Assembly: GCA_029258835.1 (NCBI GenBank)
Contig: JAPDJY010000065.1
Span: 1 to 27,554, forward strand
Source of the DNA: Thermoproteota archaeon
Lineage (GTDB): Archaea > Asgardarchaeota > Jordiarchaeia > Jordiarchaeales > Freyrarchaeaceae
Direction: 5' to 3'
Length of the DNA stretch: 27,554 bases
Program-made: the position numbers and the translations under genes
Shown: in pieces, positions 7,668 through 17,739 of the stretch
Layout: every line of letters starts with the position of its first letter
Position numbering within the stretch: position 1 is the stretch's first letter
Notes under the pieces: generated by a model
Seen by the model: the letters and a program-made list of their open reading frames with translations, nothing else
Databases searched by the model: none
What the model was told of the DNA's origin: nothing

Positions 7668-9362
7668 ATGGAGGGGTTATTTTTGAGTGGGGTTAGATTA
7701 GCGTCTCTTATGGCTAAGGTGCGTGTTGACAGGTTTTTTTACAAGGCGTGCGGGTACGTTGACGAAGACTTGGAGAAGCCTGTAATAGGTGTTGTGAACA
7801 GCTTCGAGGAGGCTAACCCGGGGCACATACATTTAAGAGTGTTGGCTGAGGCCGTGAAGGCAGGTGTTTACTCGGCTGGGGGGACGCCGGTTGAAGTTAA
7901 CGTTATTGGCCCCTGTGCAGCTTACTCTAGAAATTACAGGTACGATCTCCCTACAAGGGATGCAATAGCCGACAGCATGGAGGTGCAGCTCCAGCAGTCT
8001 GTATGTGATGGCCTAGTCTGCATAGGAAACTGTGATAAGATCATTCCGGGGATGTGGCTGGGGGCTGCCAGGCTAAACCTTCCAACGATATTCGTCACCG
8101 GTGGACCAGCCATCCCCGGATCCTTTGAAGGAGAAACCACCTGTTTTCCTCTCGACGCCTTGGTTCCACTGGTTAGGAGGCATTTTTCAGGCGATATAAC
8201 AGAGGAGGAGCTTGAAAGGAGGGTGGTTGAAGCGGAGGATGAATGGATTGAAAGCTGTGGTGCATGTCCGGAGATGACGACAGCTAACACCGTTCAAATG
8301 TTAACTGAGGCGATGGGGCTCGCCCTACCCTACTCCTCGACTGCTCCAGCGGTATCGTCGCAGAAGGTTAGGTTTGCAAGGAGAGCTGGCATGAGAATAG
8401 TTGGACTCGTAAAGGAGGGGATAAGGTTTGCAGACGTAGTGACGGAGAAGGCTCTTGAAAACGCCTTCAGGGTTCTATGTGCTGTTGGCGGGGGAACTAA
8501 CGGGGCGCTCCACCTACTGGCGCTCTCGAACGAGCTGGAGCTGATTGACAGGGTGAACCTGGAAACTCTTGACAGGGTTAGCAGGGAGACTCCCTTCCTT
8601 TCCGCTATAAGGCCCAGTGGCCCAAGCACCGTCGTCGACTTCCACAGGGCTGGAGGGGTTCCCGGGGTGATGAAGGAGCTGGAGGGGTTGCTGCACCTCG
8701 ACCCTGTGACGGTGACGGGTAACACGGTAGGGGAAAACCTGAGGTCGGTCAGCGTCAGAGATAGAGGGATCATCCGGTCAAGGAAGGAGCCCATAATGAA
8801 TGAAGGGGCGTTTGCAGTTCTTAAAGGCAACATAGCTCCTCAGGGTTCAATATGTAGGTATACGTCCGTTAAGAGGGAGCTTTTAAGGTTTAAAGGGGAG
8901 GCAAACGTCTGCAACAGCATGGAGGATGCGGTGATGAAGCTTATCTCGGATAAAGTGGAGGAGGGGCAGGTTCTAGTGGTCAGATATGAGGGGCCTAGAG
9001 GGGGGCCGGGGATGACGGAGATAGTCATAGTAAGCTTTCTTGCGAGGATGATGAACATAGGGAGGCTTGCGATCGTGACCGATGGGCGTTACAGCGGGAC
9101 AGCTGAGGAGCTCCTCCACGTTGGACACGTCACCCCTGAGGCTGCTATTGGAGGGCCACTAGCACTCGTAGAGGATGGCGACACCATAACGATAGATGTT
9201 CCAGCTAGGAGAATAAACGTTGACGTTTCTAGAGAGGAGCTGGATGATAGGGCTTCAAGGTGGAGGCCGCCTGAGCCGAAGGTTAGGAAGGGAGTTCTTG
9301 CGGTTTGGAGCCAGCTGGCGGAGCAGGCAAGTAAAGGAGCGACGTTGAAGACCAAGATCTAG
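7668..9362 (+). CDS. ilvD: Dihydroxy-acid dehydratase (IlvD/Edd family)
   Basis: NPGHIHL, CDKIIPG, GAC..MTTANT, GGGTN, RYEGPRGGPGM, TDGRYSG, VGHVTPEA. Substrate uncertain. Confidence 0.88.
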   Translation: MEGLFLSGVRLASLMAKVRVDRFFYKACGYVDEDLEKPVIGVVNSFEEANPGHIHLRVLAEAVKAGVYSAGGTPVEVNVIGPCAAYSRNYRYDLPTRDAIADSMEVQLQQSVCDGLVCIGNCDKIIPGMWLGAARLNLPTIFVTGGPAIPGSFEGETTCFPLDALVPLVRRHFSGDITEEELERRVVEAEDEWIESCGACPEMTTANTVQMLTEAMGLALPYSSTAPAVSSQKVRFARRAGMRIVGLVKEGIRFADVVTEKALENAFRVLCAVGGGTNGALHLLALSNELELIDRVNLETLDRVSRETPFLSAIRPSGPSTVVDFHRAGGVPGVMKELEGLLHLDPVTVTGNTVGENLRSVSVRDRGIIRSRKEPIMNEGAFAVLKGNIAPQGSICRYTSVKRELLRFKGEANVCNSMEDAVMKLISDKVEEGQVLVVRYEGPRGGPGMTEIVIVSFLARMMNIGRLAIVTDGRYSGTAEELLHVGHVTPEAAIGGPLALVEDGDTITIDVPARRINVDVSREELDDRASRWRPPEPKVRKGVLAVWSQLAEQASKGATLKTKI

Positions 9363-9740
9363 CCGAGTGTGTCTGCTCCACGGCGGCCAGCACGCCTCCA
9401 TCAACCCATAACATGCTTCCAACCCGAAAAAGGAACTCTTTGATTTCCCTCGGGTGACGGGCAGCGTGCAACGTGTACGCGTGGAATGTTTCTAAGAGTC
9501 TTGTGAGGGTGAGATAAGGGGAGGTGGTAAGGGTGGGTTTAGGAAAAGGGGGTGGTGTAACGCAACATGAGAAGCTTGGTGGGGAGCTTGCGAGCAGATT
9601 GGGGGGTTCTACGCTGGAGGAGGATGCTGTTAGGTTGCTACGTTCCCCCTCCCGGGATTTAACGGAGCACGGCGTTAACCCGTCATACTTAGGAAGGTGA
9701 AGTTTTCAAGGAGCCTAAGCGACTGGCTGCGGCTGTGGAG

Positions 9741-10415
9741 CTAGTCTAGCCACCCCTTAGACTTCCAGTATTCGTAGTCGGCTTTGAAGAAGTCCCTCCC
9801 TTCAGATATGAGCTTTTTCAACGCCTGAAACTCGCTCGACTTGAGCACTGTTTCCTCCCAGTTAAACCCTCGCTTTTCCACTATGCACTGAACCATTTCC
9901 TTTCCCAGGCTGGCAGCGCGGTCGAGGTCTTCTTCGTCGAGTTCCATGATGTTCCTAGCTAGAGCGGCGACCACGCCAACAGGGTAGGCTCCTTGGGCTA
10001 CGAGGAAGTTGAGCATGTAGCGTGCAACGGACTCTACGTCTCCGACGCCCATGTAAACGGATATGGCTGCTGCGTACTTCCCGTGGAGGCTTGGTCTATG
10101 GATCATGGAGAGGCAGCGGTCGATGAGGTTTTTCATGAGGCCCGTAACGTGGAGGACGTATACCGGGCTCGCCATAACTATGCCGTCAGCCTCAACCATT
10201 TTACCTTGAATCATCTTAACATCATCATTCTGAGGGCATTCCCCCTTAACAAGGCAGGAACCGCACCCCTTACAGTAGTTAATACGGTGATCTTGGAGTA
10301 GGATTATCTCGGTGTCCGCACCATGCACCCCACATTCCTCGAGCATTCTCTTGGTAAGCCTGTAAGTGCAACCCCAAGTCCCGTGAGGGCTTCCAACCAT
10401 CGCCAAAACCTTCAT
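9741..10415 (-). CDS. Iron-sulfur flavoprotein / NADPH-dependent FMN reductase family
   Basis: GSPH, CKGCGSCLVKGEC (CX2CX2CX5C), ADGIVMASPVY, LMKNLIDR. Confidence 0.9.
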   Translation of the reverse strand: MKVLAMVGSPHGTWGCTYRLTKRMLEECGVHGADTEIILLQDHRINYCKGCGSCLVKGECPQNDDVKMIQGKMVEADGIVMASPVYVLHVTGLMKNLIDRCLSMIHRPSLHGKYAAAISVYMGVGDVESVARYMLNFLVAQGAYPVGVVAALARNIMELDEEDLDRAASLGKEMVQCIVEKRGFNWEETVLKSSEFQALKKLISEGRDFFKADYEYWKSKGWLD

Positions 10416-10720
10416 GCAACCACCTAACTATTATTAGGAGGAAACTCCGTTAAAGCTTGATGCCTTCAGGCGGCGGTGAGGAAACATAAACGTTGAATGT
10501 GTCGGTCGTATCCGCCAAGATCCGTAGGCATGTAGATTCGTCGTGAGGAAGCGTTTAAACCAGAGGCAAGGAAACATTTTAAAGTTAAGGGTTGAACTTG
10601 AATAGTAGGCGTAGTGGACTCTTGACGGTGCTGATTTCATGCAGCTGGTTTTAACGTTGAAGACTACTTCCCCGGGGAGTGGCTTGATGGGGGGTTAGGG
10701 AGGTTAGGAGTTAAGGTGGG

Positions 10721-11794
10721 ATGGTGGTGAAGACTATTGTGGCTTTAGGAGGCGACGGGATTGGACCTGAGGTTGTGGATGCTGCCTGCTACGTGCTGGA
10801 GAACATGGGGTTAGACTTGGAGATAGTTAAGCCTCCCTGCGGGGAAAGAGCCGTTAAGGAGTATGGTACCCCGTTCCCGAAGGAGACCATGGAGCTGACC
10901 AATTCGGCTGACGCTATCCTGTTCGGGGCAAGCGGGGAGGCGAGCGTCATCATCTTAGCGTACTTAAGGTGGTTTCTCGACACGTACGCGAACGTTAGGC
11001 CGGTGAAGTACTATGAGGGGGTTCCAACCCCAATAAGGAGCCCTGAAGGGGTTGACTTCGTTATAGTTAGGGAGAACACTGAGGGTCTTTACCCTGGAAG
11101 GGAGGGAGATATATCCCTCCTAGCGGAGAAGATGCCGGATTATAGGGATAGGCTGGGTAGAGGGTTTGCCGACTATGGTGAGGGAAAGTTCGCCATCGGG
11201 CTCTACACGGTGAAGGGGTGCAGGAGGATAGCAGAGTTCGCCTGCAAGGAGGCTTTGAAAAGGAGGAGCAGGGGGTTCCCGGGGAAGGTGACCTGCGTGA
11301 CGAAGTCGAACGTTCTCAGGGAGAGCGGAGGGTTGTTCCAGAGGATGGTGGAGGAGGAGGTTAGGAAGCACCCTGAGCTGAAGTATGAGCACTTCTACGT
11401 GGACGACATGGCTAGGAGGATAGTTAGGTTTCCAAGGGAAATGGACGTGGTCGTCACTACCAACATGTTTGGGGACATACTATCCGACCTAGCGGCGGAG
11501 CTCATGGGAGGGTTAGGGATGGCTCCGAGCGCTTGCATAGGAGACAGGCACGCCTACTTCGAGCCCGTCCACGGGTCAGCACCGGACATAGCGGGTAAAG
11601 GCATTGCGAACCCCACGGCAACCATTCTTTCATGCGTTATGATGCTCGATTACCTTGGCATGGAAAGGGAGGCCGAGGAGCTTGAGAGGGCTGTTGCGGA
11701 GGTCTACAGGAAGGGGGAGGTTCTAACCCCGGACATGGGTGGAACGGCGAAGACCATGGAGGTGGCGGAGGCAGTCCTCAGGGAGTTAGGGTAG
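10721..11794 (+). CDS. Isocitrate/isopropylmalate dehydrogenase family (LeuB/AksF-like)
   Basis: [48 protein letters not shown]. Confidence 0.95.
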   Translation: MVVKTIVALGGDGIGPEVVDAACYVLENMGLDLEIVKPPCGERAVKEYGTPFPKETMELTNSADAILFGASGEASVIILAYLRWFLDTYANVRPVKYYEGVPTPIRSPEGVDFVIVRENTEGLYPGREGDISLLAEKMPDYRDRLGRGFADYGEGKFAIGLYTVKGCRRIAEFACKEALKRRSRGFPGKVTCVTKSNVLRESGGLFQRMVEEEVRKHPELKYEHFYVDDMARRIVRFPREMDVVVTTNMFGDILSDLAAELMGGLGMAPSACIGDRHAYFEPVHGSAPDIAGKGIANPTATILSCVMMLDYLGMEREAEELERAVAEVYRKGEVLTPDMGGTAKTMEVAEAVLRELG

Positions 11795-11802
11795 GTGGGA
11801 GC

Positions 11803-13053
11803 ATGGGGATGACCATGGCGGAGAAGGTTTTGGCTAGGGCGTCAGGCAGGGAGGAGGTTACCCCTGGGAAGTACGTGACTGCAAGCATAGACTGCGCCAT
11901 GGTTCATGAGGGGCTGGCAGCAGTCTATGTGACCTTGCTTGGAGCGGGGATAAGCAGCGTCTGGAACCCGGACAGGATAGTTGCGGTGTTGGACCACGCA
12001 GTCCCAGCCCCGAATGAAAGGTACGCAAACATTCACAAGCTGGTCAGGGAGGCCGTTAAGAAACTCGGGATAAAGAACTATTATGGGGAGAGGGCTGGCA
12101 TCTGCCACCAAGTGATGGTTGAAAGAGGGCACGTTGCACCGGGGATGCTTATCGTTGGCACCGACTCTCACTCGACGACCTATGGAGCCCTAGGAGCCGC
12201 CGGGACGGGTATAGGGTTCACGGAGATGGCTTACGTATTCGCCACCGGGAAGCTTTGGTTTAGGGTTCCCGAGACCATCAGGTTTGAGCTCGAAGGAGAG
12301 CTGCCATACAGAGTTTCAGCGAAGGACGTGATCCTCTACCTTATAGGCAAGTACTCTTCCGAGGGCGCCCAGTACAAGGCGGTGGAGTTCGCTGGTAGTG
12401 TGGCCGAGGAGTTAAGCATCGACGGAAGGATGACGATTAGCAACATGGCTATGGAGATGGGGGCGAAGTTTGCTTTCTTCGAGCCAGACGGGAAAACCGT
12501 GAAGTACCTTGAGGGGGTGGTTGAAGACGGTGAGACTTTAAAGGCGGATGGTGACGCAGAGTACGAGGAGGTTTACAGGGAGAATCTGTCAGGCCTAGAG
12601 CCGCAGGTGGCTGCACCGTTCACTGTAGACAACGTTTACCCTGTCTCAAAGTTTGAGGGCAAGAGGGTTGATCAAGGAGTTATAGGTTCCTGCACGAATG
12701 GGAGGATTGAGGATCTGCGGGTTGCCGCCGAGATCCTAGATGGGAGGGAGGTTCACCCGGATGTCAGGCTACTGGTGATCCCGGCTTCGTGGAAAATATA
12801 CAGGGAAGCGTTGGAGGAAGGCATTTTAACCACGCTTATAGAAGCCGGAGCGATCATATGTAACCCTGGTTGTGGACCGTGCTTCGGAGCTCACATGGGC
12901 CTCCTCGCCTCGGGGGAAACATGCATAGCCTCGATAAACAGGAATTTTAGAGGGAGGATGGGAAGCTATGACGCTGAGGTTTACCTTGCATCCCCTGCAA
13001 CCGTTGCGGCGTCCTGTGTTGAGGGGAAGATAGCCGACCCGAGAAGGTATTAA
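11803..13053 (+). CDS. 3-isopropylmalate dehydratase/homoaconitase large subunit (LeuC/HacA-like)
   Basis: [37 protein letters not shown]. Confidence 0.95.
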   Translation: MGMTMAEKVLARASGREEVTPGKYVTASIDCAMVHEGLAAVYVTLLGAGISSVWNPDRIVAVLDHAVPAPNERYANIHKLVREAVKKLGIKNYYGERAGICHQVMVERGHVAPGMLIVGTDSHSTTYGALGAAGTGIGFTEMAYVFATGKLWFRVPETIRFELEGELPYRVSAKDVILYLIGKYSSEGAQYKAVEFAGSVAEELSIDGRMTISNMAMEMGAKFAFFEPDGKTVKYLEGVVEDGETLKADGDAEYEEVYRENLSGLEPQVAAPFTVDNVYPVSKFEGKRVDQGVIGSCTNGRIEDLRVAAEILDGREVHPDVRLLVIPASWKIYREALEEGILTTLIEAGAIICNPGCGPCFGAHMGLLASGETCIASINRNFRGRMGSYDAEVYLASPATVAASCVEGKIADPRRY

Positions 13054-13061
13054 GGGGTGTA

Positions 13062-13574
13062 ATGTTGAAGGCTAAGGGTAGAGTCTGGAAGTTTGGAGAC
13101 AACATTGACACGGACTTGATAACTCCTGGAAAGTATATGGACTTGCCCATTGACGAGTTGAAGAGGCATGTCTTAGAGGCTGTTAACCCTGAGTTCGCTG
13201 CCAAGGTTAAGCCGGGGGACGTGATGGTTGCGGGAAGAAACTTTGGCTGCGGGTCGAGCAGGGAGACTGCCCCTCAAGCTATCAAGGCCCTCGGGGTGGG
13301 GGCCATCGTAGCAGAGTCCTTCGCGAGGATATTCTTCAGGAACGCTGTCGCCATAGGGCTACCAGTAATCTCATGCCCAAACGTGGCTGAGGCATTCGAC
13401 AACGGAGACGAGGCGGAAGTAGACATCGAGAAGGCGGAGGTTCGAAACCTCACCAAGAATGTCACCTTAAAGGCAGCCCCTCTTTCAGAAGACATTAAAA
13501 AAGTAATACTTAAAGGAGGGATAGTTCCTCTCCTCAAAGAGTTAGCGGAAGAACAAGGCGGAAAAGCCCAGTAA
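13062..13574 (+). CDS. 3-isopropylmalate dehydratase/homoaconitase small subunit (LeuD/HacB-like)
   Basis: [26 protein letters not shown]. Confidence 0.95.
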   Translation: MLKAKGRVWKFGDNIDTDLITPGKYMDLPIDELKRHVLEAVNPEFAAKVKPGDVMVAGRNFGCGSSRETAPQAIKALGVGAIVAESFARIFFRNAVAIGLPVISCPNVAEAFDNGDEAEVDIEKAEVRNLTKNVTLKAAPLSEDIKKVILKGGIVPLLKELAEEQGGKAQ

Positions 13575-13748
13575 GGGGAACGTTGAACAACCAATAATCT
13601 ACTTGAAAGGTGGCTGAAATCATATTTTCATGGAATAGTTAGGTTAGAAAAGATTGCAAAAGAGATAAACGTGTTAAGCGTCCGGTAGTCCAAGCTAAAA
13701 AGGATGTGCGTAGTAGCTTTTAGCATTTTCTAAAAAAATTATAAAAAT

Positions 13749-13790
13749 TATAAAATATAATGTAGAAGAAAATTATATAAAATATAATGT
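13749..13790. repeat. 15-bp direct repeat in acyl-CoA ligase promoter region
   Basis: TATAAAATATAATGT at 13749-13763 and 13776-13790. Confidence 0.7.
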
Positions 13791-13837
13791 CCATTTAAGA
13801 TTTATAATGGTGGATGTTGGTTGGGAGGAGAAGATCG

Positions 13838-15505
13838 ATGAGTGTTTTAAAGGGTTTCCCAAGCACCATGATGGACGACTACCAGCTGAATGTGATCAAG
13901 GTTTTAGAGAGGGCTGCAAAGCTCTACGCTAGGAAAGAGGTCGTTTCTAGGAGGATTAGTGATGGGGGCATTTTCCGCTACACGTACAAGGACGCTTGGG
14001 AGAGGGTTCAGAAGGCAGCCAACTTCCTGGTGGAGGAGCTGGAGGTTAAGCCGGGAGACAGGGTAGGAGTAATAGGATGGAACACCCACAGATTCTTCGA
14101 ACTATACTATGCAGCGCCAGGGATAGGTGCTGTTGTACACCAGATAAACCTCAGGCTTCACCCAGATGACCTGACCTACGTGATAAATCACGCAGGGGAC
14201 AAGGTGCTGTTCATGGATGACGGAATGGTGCGACTGCTAGTTGAAAGCGTTAAGGACAAACTTGAAACTGTTGAGAAGTACGTAGTTATGAGTGACAGCA
14301 AGGAGGTTGAAACAACGCTTGAGCCAGCATACAACTACGAGGAGCTGATGGACAAGGCAAAGGCAAGCTATGATTGGCCGACAATAGACGAAAGGAGCGG
14401 GGCGGCGATGTGCTACACCACAGGGACTACCGGTAAACCTAAGGGCGTCGTCTACAGCCACAGAGCTCTTATCATGCACTCGATAGTGGCAGGATTACCG
14501 TCCACTATAAACGTGGGCGAAAAGGATTCGATGCTGGTTATAGTCCCCATGTTCCACGTAAACGCTTGGGGTCTCCCATACGGTGCACCTGCAGCAGGAG
14601 CAAAATTGGTCCTCCCAGCGCAGTTCTACACGCCGGAAATGCTCCTCGAACTCATAGAGAAGGAAGATGTCACCATAGCAGCTTCGGTCCCAACGGTATG
14701 GATTATGATAGTGGATTACCTTAAGAAAAGTGGTAAGAAGGTTGACCTAAGCGGTGTCAAGATCGTACTTGGTGGCAGCGAGCCCCCGCTAGCCTTGATG
14801 AAGACCCTAGCCGAGATGGGGGCAACGGTACAGCATGCTTGGGGGATGACCGAGACGACGCCCCTTGGAACGGCGAACGTGATAAAGAGCTACCTTGAAA
14901 AGGAGCTTTCAGAAGAGGAGAAATGGCAGCTAATGACGAAGCAAGGGCTAGTAGCACCATTGCTGGAGGCCAAAATCGTTGATGATGAAGGGCACGAACT
15001 CCCATGGGATGGCAAAACACCAGGTGAACTTGTGATCAGGGGGCCTTGGATAGCCAAGGAGTACTACAACGATGAGAGGTCGAAGGACGCGCTCATAGAC
15101 GGATGGTTCAGGACAGGAGACATAGCAACCATAGACCCCGAAGGATACGTCAAAATCGTCGACCGCGCAAAGGATCTGATCAAGAGTGGTGGTGAGTGGA
15201 TTAGTAGTGTTGATTTGGAGAATGCTATTATGGCTCATCCTAAGGTTAGGGAGGCTACTGTTATTGCTGTTAGTCATCCTAAGTGGCAGGAGAGGCCTCT
15301 GGCCATCGTCGTCCCTGTTGAGGAGTATAAGGGTAAGGTGACCAAGGAGGAGATCATAGAGTTTCTTAGGCCTAAGTTTGCTAAGTGGTGGCTGCCGGAC
15401 GACGTGGTCTTCGTGGACGAGATACCAAAGACAAGCGTAGGAAAATTCGACAAGAAAGTGCTAAGAGAAAAATACAAAGACTACAAACTACCAACAGCAG
15501 AGTAA
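13838..15505 (+). CDS. Medium/long-chain fatty-acid--CoA ligase (AlkK/DmdB-like)
   Basis: [60 protein letters not shown] before ATG 13838 (ORF track starts at 13814). Confidence 0.95.
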   Translation: MSVLKGFPSTMMDDYQLNVIKVLERAAKLYARKEVVSRRISDGGIFRYTYKDAWERVQKAANFLVEELEVKPGDRVGVIGWNTHRFFELYYAAPGIGAVVHQINLRLHPDDLTYVINHAGDKVLFMDDGMVRLLVESVKDKLETVEKYVVMSDSKEVETTLEPAYNYEELMDKAKASYDWPTIDERSGAAMCYTTGTTGKPKGVVYSHRALIMHSIVAGLPSTINVGEKDSMLVIVPMFHVNAWGLPYGAPAAGAKLVLPAQFYTPEMLLELIEKEDVTIAASVPTVWIMIVDYLKKSGKKVDLSGVKIVLGGSEPPLALMKTLAEMGATVQHAWGMTETTPLGTANVIKSYLEKELSEEEKWQLMTKQGLVAPLLEAKIVDDEGHELPWDGKTPGELVIRGPWIAKEYYNDERSKDALIDGWFRTGDIATIDPEGYVKIVDRAKDLIKSGGEWISSVDLENAIMAHPKVREATVIAVSHPKWQERPLAIVVPVEEYKGKVTKEEIIEFLRPKFAKWWLPDDVVFVDEIPKTSVGKFDKKVLREKYKDYKLPTAE

Positions 15506-15519
15506 AACCTCCCCCCTTT

Positions 15520-15536
15520 TTCTACATTATATTTTA
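15520..15536. repeat. 17-bp inverted copy of the upstream element 13751-13767
   Basis: TTCTACATTATATTTTA is the exact reverse complement of TAAAATATAATGTAGAA. Confidence 0.75.
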
Positions 15537-15597
15537 AGCTAAATTTTTAACGTTTATTCTCTTAATGGGCAAACTAATAGAACATGACAAAACATGT

Positions 15598-16047
15598 TCA
15601 TGGAGTATTTCTTATTGTTGTCAGTCGTGTTATCCCTGGGATCCCGTCGAAGCCGCTGTCGAAACTATATATTATGTTGATGTCTAGGTCTCTCATCACA
15701 GCTACCGATACAGCATCTGTAAAACTTAACCTTTCATACCTTCTGAATATTTGGGCTCCAGCTTCAACGTGTCTATCTTCGACCTTTATTAGTGTTAACT
15801 TAGGGGAGGATAGGAGGGTGTCTAGAACCTCAATGGATTCTTTTACTCCTTTCCTCCTCCTGACGAAAGTTACTGTTTCATCGAGAATGTAGTCGGTAAT
15901 TACTGGTTTCCCCAAGGAGCCTTCTTCGGCGGCGATGACTATCTCTCTGCCTAGCTCATAATGCTTTTCCTTTGGAAAAAACGCTGCGATGAAGATTGTG
16001 GTGTCTAAAAACGGGCGCCTAATGGCCACCACTAACAGCCTCGTCAT
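15598..16047 (-). CDS. vapC: PIN-domain VapC toxin (true start probably about 16030)
   Basis: FLDTTIF, ILDET, LSFTDA, YSFDSGFD acidic PIN motifs; overlaps the antitoxin end. Confidence 0.92.
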   Translation of the reverse strand: MTRLLVVAIRRPFLDTTIFIAAFFPKEKHYELGREIVIAAEEGSLGKPVITDYILDETVTFVRRRKGVKESIEVLDTLLSSPKLTLIKVEDRHVEAGAQIFRRYERLSFTDAVSVAVMRDLDINIIYSFDSGFDGIPGITRLTTIRNTP

Positions 16048-16300
16048 GTTCTGCTACGGAGTCAAAAGCATCTTCAGTATCGTACTTCCCCACAAGGTCC
16101 GTGAGCTTAGCGTTTCTTCTTAAAGGCTTAATAAGGATTTCTTCCCCCATGTCGATCCAAAGCAACTCGTCCCCCGGCCTCAAGTCATACCTTTCCCTTG
16201 TTTCCGAAGGAACGGAAATTTGGCATCCTCTTGAAATCCTAAGCTTTTTAACTATTAACCCCACTTTAACCACCTTATCATGAAATATGCCAAACTCCAT
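16019..16300 (-). CDS. AbrB/MazE/SpoVT-family antitoxin (start uncertain)
   Basis: ISRGCQISVPSETRERYDLRPGDEL..ILIKP swapped-hairpin pattern; directly upstream of vapC. Confidence 0.88.
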   Translation of the reverse strand: MEFGIFHDKVVKVGLIVKKLRISRGCQISVPSETRERYDLRPGDELLWIDMGEEILIKPLRRNAKLTDLVGKYDTEDAFDSVAEHDEAVSGGH

Positions 16301-16569
16301 GTTAATATAGTTTTTCCATGAAAAATAGATGAATAGGCCGGAAGGCTAAAAACCATAAGCCGACCGTGACAAAACATCATGATGAAACGGCACGTCTCCA
16401 TCGGAGGCTTAACCGGGAAGGTTCTGCTGCCATCCCTAAACACTCGTCCACCCATCCATGAGGGGCAATAATATAAGAGGGAAGTGAGGGGGTTCAGCGG
16501 ATATAGTCTTTTATAGACATGTGTCCGCTTTGGGGCGCATCACCCTTGAAGGTTTGGTTTTATCCTTTA

Positions 16570-16662
16570 GGGGCTCGTCCCCTTTCGGGTGACCCCGGGA
16601 GCCCCACATCCGAAGGTGCTTGCCCCGATAGGCAGCCAGGCTGCCTGAGCAGACGGGGCTCC
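16570..16662 (-). ncRNA. Candidate structured non-coding RNA (unassigned)
   Basis: GC-rich intergenic island with several complementary segments, cUUCGg and GAAA loops on the minus strand, and TTTATAT box 25-31 nt upstream (16693-16687). Confidence 0.55.
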
Positions 16663-16857
16663 GATTAAATATGTCTGGGAAGAGGGATATAAACGTGTTG
16701 CGGCCGCAGAACGTCCATTAATGCCTATGAAAAATGTTACTGCTTCGCAAGGCAACTTTCCACCGTTAAACCTTTAGGAAGGATGAAACTCGGAGCGTCC
16801 CCGTGTAGGCTATATGTTAACTTAAAAGATAGGCCGTTCTTCCGGGTTTTGGAAGGG

Positions 16858-17658
16858 TCATTTTGAGAGGAAGTCTAGCAGGAGCTGGGTGAATGCTTCC
16901 CTTTCTTGGGCTATTAATCCGTGGCCTGCATTCTCGAATATGACTAGCTTGGCGTTGAGTATTGCCTCCGCGAGTATTTTCCCGTTCTCGGGTGGAACTA
17001 GGATGTCCTTTCCTCCGGAAACCACTAGGGTTGGCGCCTTTATATTGTTTAGTCTATCGTAAGCGTCGAAGTTCATCACAGCGTTAAGTTGCCTCATGTA
17101 AGCGTCCGGCGGGATCATATACATTGATATTCGCTTAACAGTCAGTTCTGCAACTTCAGGGTGGGTTTTTAAGTATTCCTCAGGGTAGAGGAGGGAAAGC
17201 GTGGCTCTGGCCAAGTCTTCAGGAGGTATTTTGCTTCTATCGGATGCCAGCAGGGAAATTACCTCTTGGGAAGGAGGGATGGCCTTCGACCCACCCGGGC
17301 TTGTTACACAGAGGACAAGCTTCTCAACCCTTTCAGGGTAGTTTATAGCGATCTCTTGGGCTATCATCCCGCCCATAGATACGCCCAGAATGTGGGCCTT
17401 ACCTATGTTTAAAGTATCCATTAGCTTAACGGTGTCGTCGGCGAACATCCTTATGGTGTACTCTACCTTTGGCTTATCGCTTCTTCCAGCCCCCCTGTTA
17501 TCGAAGACGACAACCTTAAACTCTTTCGAGACTTCCTTTATGAAGAGAGGATCCCACCAGTTCACATCAGCAGACAAACCCATAATCATGACCAGAGGGA
17601 AACCCTCCCCATGAACCTCATAGTACATGTTTATGTCTCCAACCCTAGCTATGGGCAT
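16858..17658 (-). CDS. Alpha/beta-fold hydrolase
   Basis: FDNRGAGRS, nucleophile elbow GVSMGG, GGKD, AGH catalytic triad. Confidence 0.93.
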   Translation of the reverse strand: MPIARVGDINMYYEVHGEGFPLVMIMGLSADVNWWDPLFIKEVSKEFKVVVFDNRGAGRSDKPKVEYTIRMFADDTVKLMDTLNIGKAHILGVSMGGMIAQEIAINYPERVEKLVLCVTSPGGSKAIPPSQEVISLLASDRSKIPPEDLARATLSLLYPEEYLKTHPEVAELTVKRISMYMIPPDAYMRQLNAVMNFDAYDRLNNIKAPTLVVSGGKDILVPPENGKILAEAILNAKLVIFENAGHGLIAQEREAFTQLLLDFLSK

Positions 17659-17739
17659 GAAGCCTCCTCCCGAAATTACGTGCAGAAAATACGTTATAGG
17701 CAGAGTTTAAAAAGCTTGCTTTAGTAGAGGCTGGTGCGG

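Noticed and set aside
16567-16755. 62-aa ORF across the GC-rich island
   Set aside because: TTG start and no motif; the dense base-pairing is better explained as structured RNA or DNA.
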